Shown: positions 8,600-17,870, counted from the first letter of the stretch. The stretch is 58,903 bases of DNA from an uncultured Gammaproteobacteria bacterium (GCA_964477485.1 CAYZEE010000001.1:1-58903), one strand, 5' to 3'. Notes: a model not told the origin generated them from the sequence alone. Numbers and translations are program-made.

Positions 8600-11500
8600 A
8601 TGAAAATACTGCGTTTTATTCGAGATAACATTTTGTTTTTTATCACGCTTTTTTTATTGGTATTTATCCCCCTTTACCCGAAAATTCCGACAGTCGGAAT
8701 TAATAATACTTGGGTATACATTAGACTTGAAGATTTTTTGGTCGCGGCTGTTGTCGTTATCTGGGCAGCCCTGCTTTTAAAAAAGAAAGTTACCCTTAAA
8801 ACTCCCATTACCCTGCCTATTCTTTTTTTCTGGATCATAGGAGGAATAGCAACACTGCATGGAGCTTTGCTCTTTTTTCCAAATCTCGCCAATGTTTTTT
8901 CCAATGTTGCTTTTTTAAGCTACATAAGAAGAATTGAGTATATCTCGCTATTTTTTGTGGCATATACAAGTATTAAAGATAAAAGATATTTGACGTATGC
9001 AATATTTTCTCTTCTTTTTATTCTTCTTGCCGTAGTGCTGTATGGTTTTGGTCAAAAGTATGCCGGTTTTCCCGCATATCTGACAATGAATGAACAGTTT
9101 GCCAAAGGTATTCCTATAAGACTTTCCGATCTTTCAAGAATTCCATCAACTTTTGCAGGACAATATGATTTAGCTGCTTATTTGGTTTTGGTTATTCCCA
9201 TACTAGTGAGTGTTGCTTTTGCGTTTAAGAATTGGTTGCTGAAAATTTTATTTTTAGGGGTTGCAGTATTGAGTTTTATACTCATGGTTATGACAGTATC
9301 AAGAGTTTCTTTCGTAGCACTTGTCTTATCGTTAGTTTTGCTTTTACTAATACAACGAAGAAGATTGATTATTGTTTCTCTTTTGATTATTGCAGTTATA
9401 TTTCTTATTTTTTCTCCAAGTCTTGCGCAACGGTTTAACAGAACGGTATCGCAGGTTGATGTTTTGGTAGATAGTAAAACAGGCGCTGCGATAGGGCAGA
9501 TTAGGGAAGTACAAAAGGCTTATTTTAAGGACAAAATTGTTCTAAGCGCCTTTATTGCGACCCCATCAAGCAGGCTCTGGGCATCGTCATCGGCGATAAT
9601 GCCCTTTGATATTCTTCCTCCAACAGAAGATTTGCTGGTTCCGGCTAATGCGCCGACGGGCGAAACGCTCCCTCAGGGTACAGGTTACGTTAATCTTTCT
9701 TTGTCTCCGATTATCAAAAAAACGGGTGAGTATTTTTTTAAGCTTTCAAAGGATAATGTAAAGCCTGTTAAGATTCAGATGGTTGAAGGAGACTACTTAG
9801 TTAAGAGAGCCAAAGCCTACGATTTATCTTTCACCACGAGATTTCAGGGTGAGTGGCCAAATACATTTAATGCATTTTTGCGAAATATTTTTTTAGGCAG
9901 CGGCTATGGCTCCGTAAGTCTTGCCGTTGACAATGATTATTTACGTATGTTGGGAGAGACAGGGGTATTGGGGATTTTTGCATTTATTTCTATATTTATC
10001 TTTGCTGCAATTTATATAGAAAAGACTTTATCTAACGTAGATTCTTCTCTTTTAAGAAATTTCACTTTAGGCTTTGCTGTTGGAACATTTGGTTTATTTC
10101 TTAATGCCATTTTTATTGATGTGTTTGAAGCATCCAAGATAGCATTTTCATATTGGATTTTGCTGGGTATAGTATTAGGGACTTTGCATCTATACGAAAG
10201 AGAAAAGATTGATTTTGTAGGCTTATTCAAAAAAGTTATAATATCTCCCTATGCTATTGCAGTTTATCTTCTTGCAGGATCTTTCGCATTCTTTTCCCAG
10301 TCTTATGGCTACTTTTTTGTAGGAGATGATTTTACATGGCTTCGGTGGGCATCCAATTGTCCGCTTGTAGGCTCTTCCAGTTGCGGTTCTTTTTGGAATA
10401 CTATTCTAGGATATTTTACTCAATCAAACGGTTTTTTCTATCGACCCGGAACAAGATTTTATTTTGACGTAATGTACTCTTCATTTTGGCTTAACCAAAC
10501 TGCATATCATTTTGTATCAATTTTCCTACATTTTTTGGTTGTCGTTCTTGTCTTTATGTTATCAAGAAAAGTTCTAAAAAATTATTGGTTATCCGTCTTA
10601 AGCACCTTTATTTTTCTCATATTGGCAGTTCATCACGAGGATGTATTTTGGATGGCCTCGGTTGGATTTTTATTTAACGCTATTTTTGCCCTTTCTTCTC
10701 TTCTGGCGTTTATTTATTGGAAAGAAAAGAAAAATAAATACTATTTAATATCCTCTATTGTCTTTATTATTTTATCTCTCTTGTTTCATGAACTTGGTGT
10801 TGTGGTGCCGTTTATCATAATTCTATATGATCTTATATTTAAGGAAAAACCTATTTCCGAATCTGATAAAAAGATTTATTCCGCGATTGTTTTTATTCCA
10901 CTTATTCCGTACCTTACTCTAAGGTTTTTATCAAACAGTCATTGGTTTAATGGCGACTATAGTTATAATTTGGTAAAACTGCCCTTTAATTTTGTGGGAA
11001 ACACCATCGGGTATTTGGCTCTGGATCTTATCGGCCCTCAGTCAAACAGCTTCTATCAGAAAGCAAGAAGCATTTTTGGACACCATCTTCTGCCGGCTTG
11101 TATATTAATAGTTATTTTAGTAATTGCATTTTTCTTTGTCGCAAAGGAAGTTCTAAAACATCTAAACATTGAAGAAAAGAGAATCGTTGGTTTTGCGGTA
11201 ATGTTTTTCATAGTTTCACTTTTGCCATTTTTAGGACTGGGAAATATCGCAGATAGATATAGTTATTTATCATCCATGGGGATTGCGATACTTTTGGTAT
11301 TTTTCGGCAAAAAATTTTTCGGATATTTTATTACCGTAACGGACAGGAAAACAACTGTTCTTAGCATGACAATAATTGTAATCGTTTTTTTGATGATCCA
11401 ACTTTTCCAGCTTCAAAAACTTAGTATGGATTGGAGAGAAGCAGGGATGGCTTCAAACAATCTTATTACGGCAGTTGAAGGAGTTTCCAGGCAATATTGG

Positions 11501-11758
11501 ATAGACAAGCCCTCAAAACTTTATTTTGTAAACGTGCCTATTAAGCATGGAGATGCCTGGGTTTTTCCGGTGGGACTTAAAGATGCGATATACTTTGCCT
11601 TCGAGAATAATGATATGCAGGTTTATGAAATGCCTTCTTTGGATGCGGCTTTGAATGCGGCAGGAAATAATCCCCATGCCAATGTATTCCGTTTTGACGA
11701 AGAAGGTAACGTCCACGAATATTACAGGAGTCGTGGCGTAATTTATGAAAAGAATTGA
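8600..11758 (+). CDS. 1052-aa fusion: O-antigen ligase/polymerase-like (Wzy_C) domain plus a second PMT/TMTC-like GT-C polytopic domain
   Basis: N-terminal half has the typical Wzy_C features (..MTVSRVSFVALVLSLVLLLL.., large external loop, ..GSGYGSVSLAVDNDYLRMLGETGVLGIF). Second half starts at FFVGDDFTWLRWA..FFYRPGTRFYF and has about 10 more TM segments. Confidence 0.7.
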   Translation: MKILRFIRDNILFFITLFLLVFIPLYPKIPTVGINNTWVYIRLEDFLVAAVVVIWAALLLKKKVTLKTPITLPILFFWIIGGIATLHGALLFFPNLANVFSNVAFLSYIRRIEYISLFFVAYTSIKDKRYLTYAIFSLLFILLAVVLYGFGQKYAGFPAYLTMNEQFAKGIPIRLSDLSRIPSTFAGQYDLAAYLVLVIPILVSVAFAFKNWLLKILFLGVAVLSFILMVMTVSRVSFVALVLSLVLLLLIQRRRLIIVSLLIIAVIFLIFSPSLAQRFNRTVSQVDVLVDSKTGAAIGQIREVQKAYFKDKIVLSAFIATPSSRLWASSSAIMPFDILPPTEDLLVPANAPTGETLPQGTGYVNLSLSPIIKKTGEYFFKLSKDNVKPVKIQMVEGDYLVKRAKAYDLSFTTRFQGEWPNTFNAFLRNIFLGSGYGSVSLAVDNDYLRMLGETGVLGIFAFISIFIFAAIYIEKTLSNVDSSLLRNFTLGFAVGTFGLFLNAIFIDVFEASKIAFSYWILLGIVLGTLHLYEREKIDFVGLFKKVIISPYAIAVYLLAGSFAFFSQSYGYFFVGDDFTWLRWASNCPLVGSSSCGSFWNTILGYFTQSNGFFYRPGTRFYFDVMYSSFWLNQTAYHFVSIFLHFLVVVLVFMLSRKVLKNYWLSVLSTFIFLILAVHHEDVFWMASVGFLFNAIFALSSLLAFIYWKEKKNKYYLISSIVFIILSLLFHELGVVVPFIIILYDLIFKEKPISESDKKIYSAIVFIPLIPYLTLRFLSNSHWFNGDYSYNLVKLPFNFVGNTIGYLALDLIGPQSNSFYQKARSIFGHHLLPACILIVILVIAFFFVAKEVLKHLNIEEKRIVGFAVMFFIVSLLPFLGLGNIADRYSYLSSMGIAILLVFFGKKFFGYFITVTDRKTTVLSMTIIVIVFLMIQLFQLQKLSMDWREAGMASNNLITAVEGVSRQYWIDKPSKLYFVNVPIKHGDAWVFPVGLKDAIYFAFENNDMQVYEMPSLDAALNAAGNNPHANVFRFDEEGNVHEYYRSRGVIYEKN

Positions 11759-13184
11759 GCTTTTTTTCCTTTTTTTGATATTACTTGGAGCTTTTTTAGT
11801 AAGACTTTACAAATTTAATGGTCCTATTGCAGACTGGCATGCCTGGAGACAGGTAGATACTTCTGCAGTCTCAAGATTTTTTATTAAAGACGGTTTTGAT
11901 GTTCTTCATCCAAGATTTTATGACATATCAAATGTTCCATCAGGTATACATGAAAATCCTCAAGGTTATAGATTTGTAGAATTTCCTATCTACAATCTGG
12001 CACAAGCGGGACTCTTCAAAATCTTTGGCGGATTAACAATAGAAGAATGGGGAAGAATCGTAACAATTTTTTCATCTCTTTTGTCTTCTGTCTTTTTATA
12101 TCTTATAGTGAAAAGACACCTTAATTCTTTTTCCGGCCTTTTAGCTGCCTTTTTCTTTGCCTTTATTCCTTTTAATATCTTTTATGGGCGAGTAGTACTT
12201 CCTGATTCATCAACAGTCGCAGCATATTTGGGAGCGATATATTTTTTTGACAAATTTATTTCGGAAGATTTGCGGGTGAATTTAAATGGCGTCCTCGCTT
12301 TTATATTTATGACATTATCAATTCTTCTTAAACCCTTTGCTGTTTTTTTCTTTCTTCCTCTATTTTATCTTTTGTATGAAAAATATGGGTTTAATTTTCT
12401 CAAAAGCAGGAGACTTTGGACTTTTACTATTTTAGCAATTTTGCCCTTTGCCTTTTGGAGACTTTGGATGCTTCAATATCCGGGGGGAATCCCTCAAGGC
12501 GGCTGGCTTTTTAATGGTAACGGTATAAGATTTAAGGGAGCATTTTTCGAGTGGATTTTTGCCAAAAGATTGGCCAATCTGATCTTAGGATACTGGGGGT
12601 TCCCACTTCTTATTTTAGGTCTTCTTCTTAAGCTCCCCAAAAAAAACTACTTATTTTTTCTATCTTTCATTCTTTCTTCGCTTTTATATCTTGTTGTCGT
12701 AGCAACAGGAAACGTAATGCACGATTATTATCAGATTTTAATTATACCAAGTATCGCGATATATCTTGCCCTTGGTAGCTATTTTTTATGGGAAAATAAA
12801 ACAAATATTCCAAGAGTCGTTTCTCTTATTGTTCTTCTTTCAGCTACGGTTTTTATGCTTGCTTTTGGCTGGTTTAATGTTTGCGCGGATTACGATATAG
12901 ATCATCCTGAACTTGTAAGAGGCGGAAAGATGATAGACAATCTTATTCCAAAAAACGCAAAAGTCGTTGTTCCTGGAGCTATGGGCGATACGACAGCACT
13001 TTATTTTATGGATAGACAAGGATGGTCGAGTTTTGAAAAGCCGCTCCCCGCACTTATTAAAATGGGAGCAAATTATCTTGTAATTTTTGACCCCAAACCT
13101 TCGGATTTAAATTTTGGTAAAACCTATAAGACCGTTTATACATCATCTGACTTTGCTCTTTTTAATCTGCGGGGAAAACCATGA
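11745..13184 (+). CDS. GT-C glycosyltransferase (PMT_2 / ArnT-like, GT39/GT83-type)
   Basis: N-terminus LVRLYKFNGPIADWHAWRQVDTSAVSRFF followed by about 11 TM segments. 14-nt overlap with the upstream gene. Confidence 0.75.
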   Translation: MKRIELFFLFLILLGAFLVRLYKFNGPIADWHAWRQVDTSAVSRFFIKDGFDVLHPRFYDISNVPSGIHENPQGYRFVEFPIYNLAQAGLFKIFGGLTIEEWGRIVTIFSSLLSSVFLYLIVKRHLNSFSGLLAAFFFAFIPFNIFYGRVVLPDSSTVAAYLGAIYFFDKFISEDLRVNLNGVLAFIFMTLSILLKPFAVFFFLPLFYLLYEKYGFNFLKSRRLWTFTILAILPFAFWRLWMLQYPGGIPQGGWLFNGNGIRFKGAFFEWIFAKRLANLILGYWGFPLLILGLLLKLPKKNYLFFLSFILSSLLYLVVVATGNVMHDYYQILIIPSIAIYLALGSYFLWENKTNIPRVVSLIVLLSATVFMLAFGWFNVCADYDIDHPELVRGGKMIDNLIPKNAKVVVPGAMGDTTALYFMDRQGWSSFEKPLPALIKMGANYLVIFDPKPSDLNFGKTYKTVYTSSDFALFNLRGKP

Positions 13185-14383
13185 GAATATTAATGGTATC
13201 ATCGTATTTGCCTTATCCGCTTTATTCAGGAGGCCATATCCGTTTGTATAATCTCTTAAAAAATTTATCAAAAAAACATGAAATCACTCTGGTCTGCGAA
13301 AAAAGAGAATATCAAACAAAAAAAGACATAGGGGAGATAGAAAAGATTTGTAAAAAAGTTATAGCTGTTGATAAAAAAAAACAGTGGTCTTTTAAGACTA
13401 TTTTGAGTACAGGTTTTTCCAACTCTCCATTTCTGATAACGGGTCATACTAATTTAAAAATGCAAAACGAAATTAGGGCTTTTCTTAAAAACGAAAAATT
13501 TGATTTAATTCATGTTGAGACATTTTATGTAATGCAGAATTTACCTAAAGTTTCTATTCCTATTGTTCTTGTTGAGCATAATATTGAATATCTTGTTTAC
13601 AAAAGATATGCGGATAAGGCTCCTGTCTGGATCCGACCGCTACTGGCTATCGATATTGCAAAACTCAAAAGTCAGGAGGAGGCATTTTGGCAGAAAGCGA
13701 ATTATTTAGTAGCGGTATCGCAAGATGATGAAAGGATTTTGAGAACAAAAAATAAAAATATTGAGATTGTGCCAAATGGAGTAGATATTAAAAAGTTCAA
13801 AGTTAAAAGTTCAAAGTTAAAAGTTCAGAAAAAGGAGAAACTGGTACTTTTTATTGGGGATTTTAGGTGGGTGCAAAATAGAGATACTGCAAAGTGGATT
13901 TTGAAAGAAGTATGGCCCAACTTAAAGTTAAAACTTAAAAATCAGAAGTCAGAATTTAATTTTAAGCTTTGGATGGTTGGGAAAAATATTCCGGGATATA
14001 TAAAAAAATTGGGGGATAAGAATGTTGTTTTCGATGAGAATGCCCCTTCCAGAACATCTGAAATTTTTCAAAGGGCAGATCTTCTACTTTCTCCAATTAG
14101 GGTGGGGGGCGGGACAAGTTATAAGATAATTGAGGCGATGTCTTGCGGAGTTCCGGTCATTACAACAAAAATGGGCGCAAGTCCAATAGGTGCAATTAAT
14201 AACAAGGATGTTATCGTATCCGAAGACAAGAATAAAATTACAGAAGAAATTATAAGACTATTTAGAGATAAAGAATTCTACAAAATTATTTCAGAAAATG
14301 CAAGAAAACTGGTGGAAAAAAGGTATGACTGGAAAATTATTTCAGAAAAGCTGGATAGTGTTTACAGGTTAGCCGTCAAATGA
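13181..14383 (+). CDS. GT4 glycosyltransferase
   Basis: MRILMVSSYLPYPLYSGGHIR.. N-terminus. C-terminal domain has ..GGGTSYKIIEAMSCGVPVITT. Confidence 0.85.
   Translation: MRILMVSSYLPYPLYSGGHIRLYNLLKNLSKKHEITLVCEKREYQTKKDIGEIEKICKKVIAVDKKKQWSFKTILSTGFSNSPFLITGHTNLKMQNEIRAFLKNEKFDLIHVETFYVMQNLPKVSIPIVLVEHNIEYLVYKRYADKAPVWIRPLLAIDIAKLKSQEEAFWQKANYLVAVSQDDERILRTKNKNIEIVPNGVDIKKFKVKSSKLKVQKKEKLVLFIGDFRWVQNRDTAKWILKEVWPNLKLKLKNQKSEFNFKLWMVGKNIPGYIKKLGDKNVVFDENAPSRTSEIFQRADLLLSPIRVGGGTSYKIIEAMSCGVPVITTKMGASPIGAINNKDVIVSEDKNKITEEIIRLFRDKEFYKIISENARKLVEKRYDWKIISEKLDSVYRLAVK
13792..13826. repeat. Heptanucleotide tandem repeat AAAGTTM x5, in frame
   Basis: Read directly: aaagttc aaagtta aaagttc aaagtta aaagttc. 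Encodes KFKVKSSKLKVQ at the GT-B interdomain linker. Confidence 0.95.
13924..13958. repeat. Degenerate heptanucleotide array x5, in frame
   Basis: Read directly: aaagtta aaactta aaaatca gaagtca gaattta. Encodes LKLKLKNQKSEF just before the KLWMVG strand. Confidence 0.75.
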
Positions 14384-15285
14384 TTGTTATGGAGCTTTCG
14401 ATAATTATTGTCTCCTTTAATACAAAAGAATTTATAGAAAAATGCATTGAATCGATCTATAGATCGGATTTTGATAAAACAAAATATGAAATTATTGCTG
14501 TTGATAACGCATCATCTGACGGGAGCGCTGAATTTGTGAGAAAACATTTTCCTAAAGTTTTGGTTATGGAAAATGAAGACAATTTGGGTTTTTCAAAAGC
14601 GAACAATATCGGAGTCAGGAATTCTCGCGGTAAATTTATTCTGTTTCTGAACCCCGATACTGAAGTAGATAAAAATACATTATCTTATATGATCTTATTT
14701 ATGGAAAAACATAAAGATGTAGGGGTTTCGACTTGTTTTGTAAGACTTTCCAATGGCAATCTCGATGATGGTTCCCACAGAGGTTTTCCAACGCCGTGGA
14801 GTTCTTTTTGTTATTTTTCTGGGCTTGCAAAAATATTTCCAAGAAGCAAGTTATTTTCTGGTTACACGATGGGCTGGCTTGATTTAACAAAAGAACACGA
14901 AGTCGATTCGGTTGTAGGGGCCTTTATTATGGTGAGGCGAGAAGCTGGGAACGCAATAAATTGGTGGGATGAGGATTATTTTTTCTACGGAGAAGATATA
15001 GATTTTTGCTATAGACTTAAAGAAAAAGGCTGGAAAGTTTCTTTTGTTCCAAAAGTTTCGGTTCTTCATTACAAAGGAATTTCAGGAGGTATTAAAAAAC
15101 ATTCAAATAAAATATCAACAGCGAATTTACAGACAAAAGTTATAGCAACAAATGCTCGTTTTAACGCAATGAGAATTTTTTATAAAAAGCATTATAAAAG
15201 TAAATATCCTTCTATTCTGAATAATCTTATTTTAACTGTGATTGAAATCAGAAGAAAAATGGCTCTTTCATCTATTCAAAAATGA
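14380..15285 (+). CDS. GT2 glycosyltransferase (rhamnosyltransferase-like)
   Basis: LSIIIVSFNTKE, VDNASSDGS, FLNPDTEV and YGEDIDFCYRLK motifs. Confidence 0.85.
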   Translation: MIVMELSIIIVSFNTKEFIEKCIESIYRSDFDKTKYEIIAVDNASSDGSAEFVRKHFPKVLVMENEDNLGFSKANNIGVRNSRGKFILFLNPDTEVDKNTLSYMILFMEKHKDVGVSTCFVRLSNGNLDDGSHRGFPTPWSSFCYFSGLAKIFPRSKLFSGYTMGWLDLTKEHEVDSVVGAFIMVRREAGNAINWWDEDYFFYGEDIDFCYRLKEKGWKVSFVPKVSVLHYKGISGGIKKHSNKISTANLQTKVIATNARFNAMRIFYKKHYKSKYPSILNNLILTVIEIRRKMALSSIQK

Positions 15286-16472
15286 GAATTGGAATTGATT
15301 GCAGGCTCTGGAATGAGACAGGTGTTGGTCGCTACACGCGTAATATTGTTTCAAATCTAGCTCAAACAGATAAAAAAAACAAATATGCTTTGTTTGTTAA
15401 ATCAGAAAATATAAATAGAGTTAAGCTTTTAATTCATGATTCTAGTTCAAAGGGTGATCAATCTCTGGTTGAAAAATTTAAAATTATCAGGACGGATATT
15501 AAGTGGCACACTCTTGAAGAACAATTTAAATTTCCAGAAATTTTAAACTCTCATAAACTAGATCTTGTTCATTTTCCGTATTTTTCAGTGCCAATTTTTT
15601 ATAACAAGCCTTTCGTAGTGACTATTCACGATCTGATTCAATGGCATTTTCCAACCGGCAAAGCATCTACCTTGCCCTACCCTTTATATATGGCAAAATT
15701 TTTAGGTTATAAATATGTTATAAAAAATGCTGCCCAAAAGGCAAAAAAAATAATTGCAGTTTCAAATGCGACAAAAGAAGAAATTGTCGATCATCTAAAA
15801 GTTCCAAAAGACAAAATTGAGGTAATATACGAAGGGTCGGATCCTCAAATCTCAAATCGAAAAATAAATGGAAAACGGAAAATGGAAAACGGAAAATATT
15901 TTCTCTACGTTGGGAATGCTTACCCACATAAAAATCTGGAAAGGCTAATTGATGCCTTTCAGGAATTCAAAATTCCCGCTTCGCAGCGAGGTGAGCAAAA
16001 ATCAAAATTCAAAAGTGGAAGTGAAAATTTAAGATTGATGCTAGTTGGAAGAAAGGATTATTTTTATAAAAAATTAAGAGAGAAAGTTTCAAAGATGGAG
16101 ATTGCTAGTTCAATTAAATTTTACGGAGAAGCAAATGACAACGAATTAAGAAATCTGTATTCTAATGCAAAAGCTCTTGTTATCCCGTCTCTTATGGAGG
16201 GATTTGGATTGCCGGCTTTGGAGGCAATGGCAAGCGGATGTCTGGTTTTGTCATCAGACATTCCTGCTCTTAGAGAGATTTGCAGAGATGCAGCTGTTTA
16301 TTTTAATCCTTACGATATTAAAGATATCTCCGAAAAACTTATGGATGTTCATTCTAATGATACGTATCATTATAGCGAAAGGATAAAAAAGGGTCTGGAG
16401 AGAGCCAAAGAATTCTCCTGGCGCAAAACGGTAGAGCAAACTCTCGGAATATACCAGGAAGCCCTAGGATGA
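15282..16472 (+). CDS. GT4 glycosyltransferase
   Basis: MRIGIDCRLWNETGVGRYTRN.. N-terminus. C-terminal signature IPSLMEGFGLPALEAMASGCLVLSSDIPALREI. Confidence 0.85.
   Translation: MRIGIDCRLWNETGVGRYTRNIVSNLAQTDKKNKYALFVKSENINRVKLLIHDSSSKGDQSLVEKFKIIRTDIKWHTLEEQFKFPEILNSHKLDLVHFPYFSVPIFYNKPFVVTIHDLIQWHFPTGKASTLPYPLYMAKFLGYKYVIKNAAQKAKKIIAVSNATKEEIVDHLKVPKDKIEVIYEGSDPQISNRKINGKRKMENGKYFLYVGNAYPHKNLERLIDAFQEFKIPASQRGEQKSKFKSGSENLRLMLVGRKDYFYKKLREKVSKMEIASSIKFYGEANDNELRNLYSNAKALVIPSLMEGFGLPALEAMASGCLVLSSDIPALREICRDAAVYFNPYDIKDISEKLMDVHSNDTYHYSERIKKGLERAKEFSWRKTVEQTLGIYQEALG
15870..15897. repeat. Heptanucleotide tandem repeat GGAAAAY x4, in frame
   Basis: Read directly: ggaaaac ggaaaat ggaaaac ggaaaat. 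Encodes NGKRKMENGK at the interdomain linker, just before KYFLYVG. Confidence 0.95.
15996..16023. repeat. Degenerate heptanucleotide array x4, in frame
   Basis: Read directly: caaaaat caaaatt caaaagt ggaagtg. Encodes QKSKFKSGS just before the LRLMLVG strand. Confidence 0.7.
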
Positions 16473-17188
16473 AAAAATCTAAAACAATAAGCCATTCCCA
16501 GCAGAAAAGAATTTGGGAAGAAGAACATCTATCTCCGAAAGTATTAAAGCAAATGGACTCCGATAAACCATCGTCGGGTGTATTGAAATTTTGGAAGTGG
16601 CTCGAGGTTAATAAAATTGGAAAGGAAATTAATGGAATTGAGATGGGTTGCGGAAAGGGTAGGAATGTTATTTGGCTAGCGGAGCAAGGAGTAGGAATGA
16701 CAGGATTTGATTTTTCTAAAGAAGCCATAAAAGAAGCGAAGAAGAGAGCTCATAATGAAAAAATTCGAAATAAAATTAAATTTATTGTTCATGATGCAAT
16801 AAAAACTTGGCCATTTAGATCCAATAGCTTTGATATAGGAATTGATTGTTTTGCGACAACTGATATGGAAACAATAAAGGGTAGGAAATTTGCTGTAAGT
16901 GAGTTGATTCGAGTTATAAGATCTGGAGGCTTAATTTTAGCTTATGTGTTGTCCATAGATGATGAGTATTATAAAGAGATGATTAAAAAATCCCCAGCTG
17001 ATGAAAAAAAAGCCTTTCTAAATCCTATTTCTGGTAAATTTGAAAAAACATTTGATAGGCTTGAAATCCTAAGTTTATGTAAGGAGAAGATAAAATTAAT
17101 TAAAGAAGATAGAATTGAAAAAATGGAGAATTTCTTCGGCATGCCTTATAAATGCAAACATTACTGGATGATTTTCCAAAAGAATTAA
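16469..17188 (+). CDS. Class I SAM-dependent methyltransferase
   Basis: Motif I IEMGCGKGRNVIWLAEQG and a post-I acidic residue (GFDFS). Typical length. Confidence 0.8.
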   Translation: MKKSKTISHSQQKRIWEEEHLSPKVLKQMDSDKPSSGVLKFWKWLEVNKIGKEINGIEMGCGKGRNVIWLAEQGVGMTGFDFSKEAIKEAKKRAHNEKIRNKIKFIVHDAIKTWPFRSNSFDIGIDCFATTDMETIKGRKFAVSELIRVIRSGGLILAYVLSIDDEYYKEMIKKSPADEKKAFLNPISGKFEKTFDRLEILSLCKEKIKLIKEDRIEKMENFFGMPYKCKHYWMIFQKN

Positions 17189-17862
17189 CGCCTTATGCCT
17201 CGAAAGATTGCACCTGTTAGATTCGCAGCTGCGATATCTGTACCACCTAAATAAGTACCAATAAATCTTGCGCCTGCAAAATTTGTTTCTTCATCAACTA
17301 TAACGTTGGTCATAACCGTGTTGACAAAAGTGCCTCCAATAATTCTTGCACCAGATAAGTCCGCATGAGGCATTACTGCATCTGTAAAATCTGCACCAGT
17401 CGCTACTACGCCACGCATTATTGCTCCATTCGCAACAGCTGCATTTAGATTCGCTGCCTCTAGATTGGAACCTGTAATGTCTGTCTCCGTTAGGATCAAT
17501 TTCTCCAAATTAGCCCCAGGGAGATATAATCCACCAAGAAGCTTTCCGATTAACTCAAGCATTGACAGGTCTATTCTTACTGGTTGTTTTTTCTCAAGTT
17601 GTCTAATTCTTTCGAAAAATCTCCGAAGAGTGTCTGCTCCACCTATTATAAGATGTTGATCAACTGCCTTCTGTCTTTTAGCAATGCTATCTAAATACTC
17701 TTCTGGAGTTAAAGCCTGGGTAGGTTTACTAAGAAGTTCAATTAGGCTATCTATAACGGCATCATCAATTCTTTCTATTTCAGTATGCGGTACGACGATT
17801 TCCCTTGAGCCGTCAGCCTCAAGTCCCTCTTCGCCGTTTTTATTTCTCTCCTGCTTAGTCAT
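17185..17862 (-). CDS. Pentapeptide-repeat protein with unrelated N-terminal helical domain
   Basis: C-terminal ~110 aa are A(D/N)LXX-type pentapeptide repeats (GANLEKLILTETDITGSNLEAANLNAAVANGAIMRGVVATGADFTDAVMPHADLSGARIIGGTF..). Its stop codon shares the palindrome TTAA (17185-17188) with the stop of the convergent methyltransferase. Confidence 0.85.
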   Translation of the reverse strand: MTKQERNKNGEEGLEADGSREIVVPHTEIERIDDAVIDSLIELLSKPTQALTPEEYLDSIAKRQKAVDQHLIIGGADTLRRFFERIRQLEKKQPVRIDLSMLELIGKLLGGLYLPGANLEKLILTETDITGSNLEAANLNAAVANGAIMRGVVATGADFTDAVMPHADLSGARIIGGTFVNTVMTNVIVDEETNFAGARFIGTYLGGTDIAAANLTGAIFRGIRR

Positions 17863-17870
17863 ATCACGGA

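Noticed and set aside
915-11758. Two ORFs of exactly 1052 aa (915..4073 and 8600..11758), raising the possibility of a duplication.
   Set aside because: Reading the translations shows no sequence similarity and different domain content. The equal length appears coincidental.
16354-16728. A 124-aa minus-strand ORF spanning the GT4/methyltransferase junction, and the 146-aa ORF 40825..41265.
   Set aside because: They overlap well-supported genes on the other strand, have no motifs, and cross gene boundaries.
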